NCBI RefSeq assembly: GCF_000017945.1
Contig: NC_009776.1
Location: 1,200,001-1,232,000, forward strand
DNA from: Ignicoccus hospitalis KIN4/I
GTDB taxonomy: Archaea > Thermoproteota > Thermoprotei_A > Sulfolobales > Ignicoccaceae
Length of the DNA: 32,000 bases
Reading direction: 5' to 3'
How positions within the stretch are numbered: position 1 is the first letter of the stretch; each line of letters begins with the position of its first letter. Shown piece after piece: positions 1 through 7,907 of the stretch. Made by a program: the position numbers and the translations under genes. Under the pieces are notes generated by a model. It had not been told where the DNA came from. It did not search any database and worked only from the letters and a program-made list of their open reading frames with translations.

Positions 1-1096
1 TCTCGGCCCTCTTCGCTATTACCAATGCCTCGAAGGCCTCGTACGGCTTAAGCCCCGTAACCACGCTCCCCTTGGGGCTCTCGTAAGGCTTGTGCTCGGC
101 CCTCCCGACCCTCTGCACGAGGTTAGTTACCCTGCGCGGCGAGGCGAACTGCACTACGTGCTTCACGGAACCTATGTCTATTCCGAGCTCCAGGGAGGAG
201 GTGGCCACGATTACTTTGAGCTCGCCCTTACGGGCGCGGCGCTCCACTCCCTCCCTCTCCTTCTTTGAGAGGGAGCCGTGGTGGACCGCGACCTCCTCTC
301 CGAACTCCTCCTTGAGGATCTTGCCCAACACTTCTGCCGTATCCCTTGTGTTTGTAAATACCAAAACTGTCCCGTCAATTTTCTTTATTATTTCTTTAAC
401 CTTAGAAACCATATTTTCAAACGAATCCTCTACGTATACCTTTATTTCGGGCTTCTTGACGGTCTCGTCCGCCACATCTATCACGAACCTCCCTCCGCCC
501 AGGAACTTCTTGGCCAAGTTCACGTTCGATATTGTAGCGCTCACGCCTATCCTTTGTACCCGCGCCCTCTCGGAAAGCCTCTCGAGCGCGACCGTTAGCT
601 CGGCCCCCCTCTTCTCCTCTATGAGTTCGTGTAGCTCGTCAACGATTACATACTCTACGTTATTTAGATGCTTGAGCATTTCCTTGTTAGCCAGAATTAT
701 GTTTAAGCTCTCTGGAGTAGTGACGAGGACCTCCGGAGGATGTTCTATTATCTTCTTCCTCCTACTATAAGGCGTGTCGCCGTGCCAGACGTCTACGTTC
801 AGCCCGGCTTCTCTGAGCAGTTCCAAGGCCCTTATGCCTATATCTCTGTTCAAGGCCCTCAACGGCGTGATGTAGAGTGCTTTGAGACCCCCGAACGAAC
901 CCTTCTGAATTATGCGCGCGGCCACGGGCAAGAGGGCAGCTTCAGTCTTGCCGCTCCCAGTGGGGGCCGTTATCAAGGTGTGGTAACCTTGAAGGATTAT
1001 GGGTATGGCCTTCTCTTGGATGGGAGTTGGAGAGCGGATCCCCTTCTTCCTTAAAGCTTCTCTGAGCTCCTTCGGTAGGAGGGAGAACGCATTCAT
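1..1096 (-). CDS. Lhr-like DEAD/DEAH-box superfamily 2 helicase, N-terminal part (3' end runs off the left edge)
   Basis: Own reverse-strand translation: MNAFSLLPKELREALRKKGIRSPTPIQEKAIPIILQGYHTLITAPTGSGKTEAALLP (Q-motif and Walker A), VIVDELHELIEEKRGAE (DExH), GVSATISN, and the HHGSLSKKEREGVE / VATSSLELGIDIGSV / QRVGRA helicase C motifs. Not in the ORF track because it has no stop inside the window. Confidence 0.88.
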   Translation of the reverse strand, partial: MNAFSLLPKELREALRKKGIRSPTPIQEKAIPIILQGYHTLITAPTGSGKTEAALLPVAARIIQKGSFGGLKALYITPLRALNRDIGIRALELLREAGLNVDVWHGDTPYSRRKKIIEHPPEVLVTTPESLNIILANKEMLKHLNNVEYVIVDELHELIEEKRGAELTVALERLSERARVQRIGVSATISNVNLAKKFLGGGRFVIDVADETVKKPEIKVYVEDSFENMVSKVKEIIKKIDGTVLVFTNTRDTAEVLGKILKEEFGEEVAVHHGSLSKKEREGVERRARKGELKVIVATSSLELGIDIGSVKHVVQFASPRRVTNLVQRVGRAEHKPYESPKGSVVTGLKPYEAFEALVIAKRAE

Positions 1097-1135
1097 TTCC
1101 TTTCGAGGGCTTAGGGATGGAATAAAAAGTTAAAG

Positions 1136-1510
1136 TTACTCTACCTTTATCTCCTTGCGCGCCTCCCAGAGACCGTGGAGGTTACAGTAGGAAATAGCGT
1201 AGAGTACCCCAGACTTCTTCAGTTTCAAGGTGAAGGTCACGTCAGGCTCCGCGTAGCCCGGCTCGAAGGCCACCCTTCCCAGCATTACCGGGTTGAACGG
1301 CCTGCCCTCCTCGTAGAAGTACAGCTCTATCCAGCGTATGCTGTGGGCCGCCTCGTTGGGGTGTGGCCCTACGGACACCCTCACTTGGAAGGGTTGGTCG
1401 GCCTTGACCTTCTCTGGGGCCTCTATCTTGGGCGTATGGGTCTCAGCCTTGGATATGGCCTCTCCCTCGGCCCTGTCGGGGGTGTATATGAGTTCGCCGA
1501 AGCTCTTCAT
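1136..1510 (-). CDS. Superoxide reductase, neelaredoxin/1Fe-SOR type
   Basis: AETHTP, HPNEAAHSIRWIELYF and YCNLHGLWE match the His4Cys iron-site motifs of SOR; no N-terminal desulforedoxin Cys4 domain. Confidence 0.9.
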   Translation of the reverse strand: MKSFGELIYTPDRAEGEAISKAETHTPKIEAPEKVKADQPFQVRVSVGPHPNEAAHSIRWIELYFYEEGRPFNPVMLGRVAFEPGYAEPDVTFTLKLKKSGVLYAISYCNLHGLWEARKEIKVE

Positions 1511-1568
1511 GTTCTCGTCCGTGTCCTCCCTCTATTGGAGGAAAATTAAGTTGGGGCCTTTGAGGTCG

Positions 1569-2324
1569 TTACGTGCCTATTCTTATACGCTGTTTCTTGA
1601 CGAGTTCCTTGAGGGTCTCTATAAGGGATAGTGCGGCCAACAAGCTGGTTTTGGGATTGTCCGGGCTGGGTACGTTTGTTACTTTGACGTAAAGCTCCCC
1701 AGCCTTTGACTTTACCCTTATCTCGTGGACGTTCTTATCTACTGAGGGGTCGGCGACCACCTTCACGGTGGCTTCCTTCCCCGCGGCGAGTGAGACTGTT
1801 GCGACTACGTTCACGTTGGTGGGGAACCTCTTTACAGCCTCGCTGGCCGGCCCCTCGAATAGGACCGTCTTCTCCTCGACGTTTACGCCCAACGCTTTAG
1901 GGTTTTTAGTAGTTATAACTTGAACCTCCTCTATCCCGGCGTTCTTTAACGCCTTTATCGCGTCTATTCCGGCAACCGCCCCGCTGGGAACGACTATTGA
2001 AGTACCATAGTTCTCCGCTATCCTCAACAGTCGGCCGTAAAGCTCCTTATCCATTAGGGCGCCTACGCTCAAGACGACCATGTCGGCCTTCCTCAGTACT
2101 TGAGGGGCGTACTGCCTAACCGCCTCCGGGGAGGCAGCCTCCACGACCAAGTCGCAACCCTCCAAGAATTCGTCGAAGCTGGTGGAAACTTCACAGTCGT
2201 CCTTACACACCTCGAAGCACCTCTCCGGGTGTCTATCGAAGAACTTGAGACTAACGCCCAGAACCCCGCGGTTCTTCGCCACGAGTCTTCCCACGTTCCC
2301 GCAACCTATCACGCACAGCCTCAT
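1569..2324 (-). CDS. nadX: L-aspartate dehydrogenase (NadX family)
   Basis: MRLCVIGCGNVGRLVAKN Rossmann start; VVEAASPEAVRQYAP, VLSVGALMD, VVPSGAVAGIDAIKA, TTKNPKALG, VNVVATVSLAAGKE, HEIRVKSKAGE. The ATG at 2324 overlaps the nadC stop (ATGA), so I prefer it over the track's 2396 start. Confidence 0.88.
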   Translation of the reverse strand: MRLCVIGCGNVGRLVAKNRGVLGVSLKFFDRHPERCFEVCKDDCEVSTSFDEFLEGCDLVVEAASPEAVRQYAPQVLRKADMVVLSVGALMDKELYGRLLRIAENYGTSIVVPSGAVAGIDAIKALKNAGIEEVQVITTKNPKALGVNVEEKTVLFEGPASEAVKRFPTNVNVVATVSLAAGKEATVKVVADPSVDKNVHEIRVKSKAGELYVKVTNVPSPDNPKTSLLAALSLIETLKELVKKQRIRIGT

Positions 2325-3223
2325 CTGATCTCCGCACCCAAGTCGACGAGAGGGGGCGAGAGCGTCAAATACCCCATACTCACCACGTCCACACACTCGT
2401 TGACGTACTGAAGGACGTTTTCCCTGTTTATTCCCCCGCTTACCTCCACTATAATTGAGGGCTTCGCCTCCTTCAATTTACAAGCTATCCTTTTAGCCTC
2501 CTCCGGACCCACGTTGTCGAGCATTATCGCGTCGACATACGGCAAGACCTCAAACGCCTCCTCCTCGCTGGACACCTCGACCTCTATCTTGTGGGTGAAG
2601 GAGGCGTTCTCCTTGGCGGCCCTCACCGCCCCTAACAAGTCACCGTAGGCGTTGATGTGTGTGTCCTTGATTAGTATCATGTCGCTCAAGCTCAGCCGGT
2701 GCGTGTCGGCCCCCGCGGCCCTAGCGAAGAGTTTGGCCCAGAGCCTCATTCCGGGAACAGTCTTCCGGGTTACGGCTACCCTGACGTTCTTGAAGCCGGA
2801 GGAGTCCAAGAGCTCCCTTACCCTCCTCACCTCAGTCGATATCGAGAAGACGTGAATGAGGAAGTTCAATAACGTCCGCTCGAACATTAAGAGCTCTTTG
2901 GTGAGGCCCCTCACGCTGACTACGACGCCCTGAGTCCAGCCAGCGGGCGCAATGAATTCCGGCTCCAGGCCCAGCGCCCCCAGCGCTCCCTCTATCAAAG
3001 AGGGACAGACCACATACACTCGACTGCGGGCTTGTATATCCATAATCTTCTCTGAGTCTTCCTTCGACCAGAAGACTGCGTCAGTCGTGACGTCGCCTAA
3101 GGGGGAGTCCTCGTGAACCCACCTCTTGAGGTCCCTCGCCAGCCGTCGCGTGTATTGGATGCACAAAGCGCTCCTCCGCTCACCGCTCGGTAGCGTGAGG
3201 TTCAGAAATACGGCGTCTCGCAA
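2321..3223 (-). CDS. nadC: Nicotinate-nucleotide pyrophosphorylase (quinolinate phosphoribosyltransferase)
   Basis: EDSPLGDVTTDAV, ERTLLNFL, VAVTRKTVPGMRLWAK, HRLSLSDMILIKDTHI, VEVSSEEEAFE, DAIMLDNVGPEEAKR, IVEVSGGINRENV. The start codon may be internal. Confidence 0.9.
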   Translation of the reverse strand: MRDAVFLNLTLPSGERRSALCIQYTRRLARDLKRWVHEDSPLGDVTTDAVFWSKEDSEKIMDIQARSRVYVVCPSLIEGALGALGLEPEFIAPAGWTQGVVVSVRGLTKELLMFERTLLNFLIHVFSISTEVRRVRELLDSSGFKNVRVAVTRKTVPGMRLWAKLFARAAGADTHRLSLSDMILIKDTHINAYGDLLGAVRAAKENASFTHKIEVEVSSEEEAFEVLPYVDAIMLDNVGPEEAKRIACKLKEAKPSIIVEVSGGINRENVLQYVNECVDVVSMGYLTLSPPLVDLGAEIR

Positions 3224-3278
3224 GCCACAAGGAATTTATAGGAGTAAGTGGGCCCGTGGGCGAGAGCCGGGGAGGGGT

Positions 3279-6200
3279 TTGAAAAGGACGGCTCTGACGG
3301 GCTTAGCCTTGTTGGCTCTGCTAGCGATCTCCGCTCAGCTCCCCTCCCCCAGCCCTACGTTGATAAATATGACGCCGACCTCCTCGCAGTCCTACGAGGT
3401 TCAGAGGCTGTTAGGCTCTGGCAGGGGCGCTAAGTTCGGAGGCTCGGTCGTCCTCATAGAGCTTCCGAACGTCACCTACGACCGGCTGCCCTCGGACTTC
3501 GGCGTGAGGATAAACGCTACGTTAAAGAGGGTATATGGTGCCTACTCGACCTTGGACTATTTTACCCTGAAGAAAAAAATCTACAATACCCTAGATCAAT
3601 CCATGACGAAGTACATAGTCGCTAATTTTAAATACGTTAAATACCTCAAGGACTTGACTGAACAGTTGGACGGAATAGGGATTTACGTCTACGAAGCCAC
3701 CTCCGACGCTTGGACGGTGTACAAGGAACTGAAGAACGTCAACGTGACCTACGCCCAGTACCGCGAGTTTTGGAATAGCGTAGCGTCCGAGGTTAACGAC
3801 TTCGAGAGGAGTTTTGTGGCCGAGGAAGAGAGGTGCGTGGCCCAGCTGCCCACGGCCCTCTATTCTGCAGAGAGGCTTTTAAACGAGTCGAAGGCAATAA
3901 TATCGGCATTCAGTATAATTAGGAAGTACTATACGGAGGCTTATTATGACCTCCTCAAGGGCTTGCGCGAGCTTTGCGAAGGCAAAGGGAACGTCCGGGA
4001 CTTGGCCGTTAGGTTAGGCGAGGGAGAGGGCCTCAAGGGGGCCGTGAGGAGGCTCCTCTCGCAAGCCTTCCTCTATACTGTAAGCGGCTGGAACGGGCCG
4101 TTGTGCAACGGCACGCAACCAAACACAAAATTAGTCAAAACTGTCTTGGGCTATTTCGTCTCCTTGGTCCCAAACAGCTTGTCGAGCTATTACTATTACT
4201 TCAACCTCACTGAGGGGGAGATGCGAAACGTCGCCTTGCTTGCTACCGCGTTGTCGCCCAACGCCACTGAAGGAGAAGTCTACAGCGCGGTTTCAGAGGT
4301 CTTGAGGGGCACTTTAGCCCTCGACCTCAAGACAGCCTCTTTAGTGCTAAAGGCGGTTGAGGGGGACGAAAGGGCTGTCGGCGAACTGGTCGTAGAGTTC
4401 TTGAGCATCGAGGATGAGTGTTTGAAGGAGGCGATAATTCGATCCATTACGACCGACGTCCCCTTTACCGTGTTGGCGACGGCGTGCGAGAAGGAGGGCG
4501 TGAGTGAGGTCCTAAGGGCGCGCGGTGCGGAGGGCGTGGAGGCAGAGGACGTAATCGCCGGTCGCGGAATGGGCGAAGATTTGGTGAGGTACGCCTCTAT
4601 AGCATCTCTCGCAAAGAGGTTAGAAGAGCACTCTATCCCGTCCAACTTCACGGTCTCCCTCCTCTTCGGGAAGGCGAGGCCGGAGGAGGTCCTTAGGTGG
4701 TACTTGAAGGCCAAGGGAGTTCTCTACCCTAACTGCATCTACTCCGGCGTGGTTCACTCGAAGAGCTTCGTGGAGGCGGAGAAGAGGTCCGCATTGTGCG
4801 TCTTTAAGCGCATAGCCAGTGTGATGGAAAGGTACGGCTTCAGTAAGTCTGCCGTGGATTCCTTGATCTACAGCATAGTGGCTTTGGGGCCCGGCTTAAG
4901 CGAAGAACAGATCCGGAAGATAGTGCTTAGGACTATATTGAGCGAGGCGGCGGCGCTGAACGACCCGCGGCTCGAGCTCCTCAAAAGTTTAACTAACATA
5001 ACGTCTGTGTTGAGGTTGATAGTATGGAGCGACACCCCCGAAGAAGCCTTGAGCAACGTCAGAAGCATTTTAGATAATATAACTCAAAGCTTCATGTTAA
5101 AGTACGTTGCCACGGAGCTCCTCGTAGGCAGGGACAAAAAACACTTGATATTTGTACTTAACAAAGACGTCCCCGAGCCTGTTACCTTAGCGGACTTCAA
5201 GTCATACGTGATAAGCCCATCGATAATCTCAAACGAAATAAAGACTGCTACGATGACCGACATCGACACGGTGAACAAGGTAGGTGCGCTATTGGTGCTG
5301 CTGGCCCTAGTCTTAAGCGTTAGGAGCTTAAGGGTAGCCCTCTTGCCAGTATTTATAATATACATAGTTTTGCAATACTATAAGATCGTAGTCGCGCTAG
5401 TGGGACAGCTCGGGGTCAAGCCGTCAAACATCGACATGGTAATTGCAACCGCAACCATACTAGGAATGGGTATAGACTATTCCCTCTACACGGTCGCGAA
5501 CTACAGGAGGGACTTGATAAAGTCTATGAAGCCAGTCCTCATAGCTGCGACTATGGCCTCGCTGGGCTTCGTGGCGTTCGGAGCCGTCTCCGCCTTTACC
5601 CTTCCGGGGCTGTCCACGTTAGGCGTATTCGTTCCCTTAGCAATACTCTTCACCGCCGTAGTAGGGCCGTTGATAACCGTAGTTTTCAAAGACGTGTTGG
5701 GGATAGGCCCTGAGAGGGCGAAGCCTTCGGTCCCCATCTTGACCGCCCTATCCATAGATATGCCCAAAACCACGTTCTTAGTCTCTCTAATTCTCATACT
5801 ATCCTCGATCTACGTCGTAGTCAGCGTGCAGCCCGGATATGACCTTTACTTGTTCTTGCCGCAACACAGCTCGGCGACGAGAGCCCTTGTAGTGTTGCAG
5901 AACTACTCGAGCCCCGGAGTCTTGGGCCCAACGGTAGTTATGTTGCACATGAGCGCCGACGACCTAAGCGAGGTAGCTAAGGAGGTCGAGTCCCTTTCGA
6001 GATATTTCCTCGAGAGCGGGAAGTTCGACTACGTATTCGCCTACACTCGCCCGTTGGGGCGCTTCGTCTCCGAAGACCCGGAGGTACTCGAGCTCGTAGG
6101 GGGCAACCAATACTTGAGGGACGGGTGGTGTATACTCTACTTGCTCCCCAGCTCGCCGCCCGACTCCGGCCAAGCGGTAAACGCCGTGAAGGAGTTGAGG

Positions 6201-6818
6201 TCCTTCTTGAGCTCGTGGATACGTGGCAAGAACTTCGACCGCGTGTTGGTCGGAGGACAGAGCGCTATGAACTACGACATAGCAGTCACGGTAAACGAGA
6301 TCACGTTTAACTATGTAATACCTATAATGATAATAGTCACAATAGCGACGTTTGTGACAATCTTGAGGAGGACTGAGATGGTGGTAGCGGCTTCCATAAA
6401 CTCCGTAGCCGCTTTACTAGTGGCCATGGGCGTTTCTGCGCTGCTGATAACAAAGATCTTAAACGTGACCTTGCTGTGGGTAGTAATACCGTTGGTAGTG
6501 ACCGTGGTCCTCAGCGTCGGTAGCGACTACTCGGTGTTCTACTTCTTCGGTCTCAAAGAAGCTGTTGAAAGTTGCAAAATCCTTGAGGACGGGGACTGTG
6601 CGTCCAAGATGAACGCGCTTAACTATAACTCCTCGAGGATGTACAAGCTAATATTGGGCTTCGCGACCACGTTCAGCGTGGCGTACCTAGCGTTCTTAGT
6701 GTCGAACATATGGGCTCTTAAAGAAATAGCCATCGCATTGGGTCTTGTTCCAATAATACTGACATTATCCCTATTCACGTTAGTTCCTGCGTTCTTCTCG
6801 TTAATATGGAAGGAATAG
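3279..6818 (+). CDS. MMPL/RND-family membrane transporter with an exceptionally large first extracytoplasmic domain
   Basis: Two RND-like halves: ILGMGIDYSLYTVANYRRD and SVGSDYSVYFFFGLKEA, each in a multi-TM block (about 5280-5760 and 6310-6810). The track starts at 3126, but the in-frame TTG at 3279 directly precedes the first TM (LKRTALTGLALLALLAISAQ). Confidence 0.82.
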   Translation: MKRTALTGLALLALLAISAQLPSPSPTLINMTPTSSQSYEVQRLLGSGRGAKFGGSVVLIELPNVTYDRLPSDFGVRINATLKRVYGAYSTLDYFTLKKKIYNTLDQSMTKYIVANFKYVKYLKDLTEQLDGIGIYVYEATSDAWTVYKELKNVNVTYAQYREFWNSVASEVNDFERSFVAEEERCVAQLPTALYSAERLLNESKAIISAFSIIRKYYTEAYYDLLKGLRELCEGKGNVRDLAVRLGEGEGLKGAVRRLLSQAFLYTVSGWNGPLCNGTQPNTKLVKTVLGYFVSLVPNSLSSYYYYFNLTEGEMRNVALLATALSPNATEGEVYSAVSEVLRGTLALDLKTASLVLKAVEGDERAVGELVVEFLSIEDECLKEAIIRSITTDVPFTVLATACEKEGVSEVLRARGAEGVEAEDVIAGRGMGEDLVRYASIASLAKRLEEHSIPSNFTVSLLFGKARPEEVLRWYLKAKGVLYPNCIYSGVVHSKSFVEAEKRSALCVFKRIASVMERYGFSKSAVDSLIYSIVALGPGLSEEQIRKIVLRTILSEAAALNDPRLELLKSLTNITSVLRLIVWSDTPEEALSNVRSILDNITQSFMLKYVATELLVGRDKKHLIFVLNKDVPEPVTLADFKSYVISPSIISNEIKTATMTDIDTVNKVGALLVLLALVLSVRSLRVALLPVFIIYIVLQYYKIVVALVGQLGVKPSNIDMVIATATILGMGIDYSLYTVANYRRDLIKSMKPVLIAATMASLGFVAFGAVSAFTLPGLSTLGVFVPLAILFTAVVGPLITVVFKDVLGIGPERAKPSVPILTALSIDMPKTTFLVSLILILSSIYVVVSVQPGYDLYLFLPQHSSATRALVVLQNYSSPGVLGPTVVMLHMSADDLSEVAKEVESLSRYFLESGKFDYVFAYTRPLGRFVSEDPEVLELVGGNQYLRDGWCILYLLPSSPPDSGQAVNAVKELRSFLSSWIRGKNFDRVLVGGQSAMNYDIAVTVNEITFNYVIPIMIIVTIATFVTILRRTEMVVAASINSVAALLVAMGVSALLITKILNVTLLWVVIPLVVTVVLSVGSDYSVFYFFGLKEAVESCKILEDGDCASKMNALNYNSSRMYKLILGFATTFSVAYLAFLVSNIWALKEIAIALGLVPIILTLSLFTLVPAFFSLIWKE

Positions 6819-6891
6819 GGCTCGAAATGTAGCCAATTGCATCACCTCTCAGCTTCCAGCGCGCCTCTCATCGCCCGAATGCGAGGAGGGA

Positions 6892-7536
6892 TCACTTTAA
6901 TATTATGACTTTAGAAGTCCGGTCCTCCCGGAGGAGTCTTAACGCCCTCGCGGCTAGCTCCAAGGCCCCTCTTGGGGTCTTATCTATTCCAACGCCCACC
7001 TTCACGTCGTAGAACGAGGAGATCAAGCGCGCGAGCTCTCCCGCCGCCGAGGGGTCCGAGAACATCACTATGTTGTCCCCTCCCAAGTACGTACCTATAG
7101 AACCGTAGCCTATCCCTATTTTGAGTATGTCGTCCAATAAGTCTACCGACTCCACGAAGCCTAAGTACTTGTCTCTAGTTCTGAAAAAGTTTATATCAAT
7201 GTGTATAGCAGCTATGTTGCTCGTGACCTTGCACGTCTCGCGAGAGTTCAAAGCGGCCAAGGGAGTTCTCCCGCAACCGACAACGACCGAAATGGGTACT
7301 GGGCTTACTTTGGATACCTCTTCGAAGATGGGCGCGGGGTCCTCCACCCCGTTGAGCACGAAGAAGAGCACATCTTTTCTAGTTGGTATGTAGAATGCGC
7401 CCACGTCCTTCGCGGCTCTCGTCGCAACCATGTCGATTTCCGCCTGTTTGAGCTGAATCTTCCACTCGCGATCGTCCCCCAAGCTTTCGGTCCATTCCCT
7501 GTAGCCCTCCAACACCACGCTGGCGACTTTGTGCAC
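6892..7536 (-). CDS. GTP cyclohydrolase III (archaeal, GGDEF/cyclase-like fold)
   Basis: GYREWTESLGDDREWKIQLKQAEI near the N-terminus and a central GTYLGGDNIVMFSD motif, then KVGVGIDKTPRGALELAARAL, typical of the archaeal GCH III family. Confidence 0.72.
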   Translation of the reverse strand: MHKVASVVLEGYREWTESLGDDREWKIQLKQAEIDMVATRAAKDVGAFYIPTRKDVLFFVLNGVEDPAPIFEEVSKVSPVPISVVVGCGRTPLAALNSRETCKVTSNIAAIHIDINFFRTRDKYLGFVESVDLLDDILKIGIGYGSIGTYLGGDNIVMFSDPSAAGELARLISSFYDVKVGVGIDKTPRGALELAARALRLLREDRTSKVIILK

Positions 7537-7559
7537 GGACCCTTCCCTGGGGCTTTAGG

Positions 7560-7633
7560 TGGGGCCGCGGGGATTTGAACCCCGGACCACGGGGGCCCAA
7601 GCCCCGCATCCTACCAAGCTAGACGACGGCCCC
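7560..7633 (-). tRNA. tRNA-Pro (anticodon TGG)
   Basis: Folded by hand: acceptor GGGGCCG/CGGCCCC, anticodon arm CGGGG-CTTGGGC-CCCCG, T arm CGGGG-TTCAAAT-CCCCG, discriminator A. 3' CCA not encoded (CCT follows). Confidence 0.95.
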
Positions 7634-7667
7634 TTCCGGCACCTCCCGCCCGAAGACTCCTATAAGC

Positions 7668-7850
7668 TTACTCTCGCTCGCCCTCGGAGCCTATTACGAG
7701 TGCTATGCTCATAAATAAGAACAATATTGTAGTCGTTATACCCACCTTGATTAGTGGCGGCATCTCCTTGCCGAAGGTCCACAACGCAACTATTATAATT
7801 ATCATGGCAATTAACACGTCGCTCTCGCTCAAAGAGCGCTTCAGCTTCAA
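7668..7850 (-). CDS. Small two-helix membrane protein (60 aa)
   Basis: ORF with two hydrophobic stretches, VLIAMIIIIVALWTF and VGITTTILFLFMSIALVIG, ending in charged residues. Confidence 0.5.
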   Translation of the reverse strand: MKLKRSLSESDVLIAMIIIIVALWTFGKEMPPLIKVGITTTILFLFMSIALVIGSEGERE

Positions 7851-7907
7851 GCGGCGCCCCCAACCTTACTAACCCTAACTTATCCGCTTTCCTCCGGATG
7901 CCCGACG

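Noticed and set aside
90-1054. Three plus-strand ORFs (90-770, 278-598, 740-1054)
   Set aside because: They are antisense to the helicase frame, which has intact canonical helicase motifs; their translations are low-complexity Ser/Leu/Arg-rich.
1035-1055. Apparent frameshift in the helicase start region
   Set aside because: On recount the minus strand reads AGG AAG AAG GGG ATC CGC; the frame from ATG 1096 is continuous into RSPTPIQEKA.
4280-5797. Minus-strand ORFs within the transporter gene (4280-4714, 4868-5068, 5084-5365, 5501-5797)
   Set aside because: Antisense shadows of a long plus-strand gene with recognisable RND motifs in both halves.
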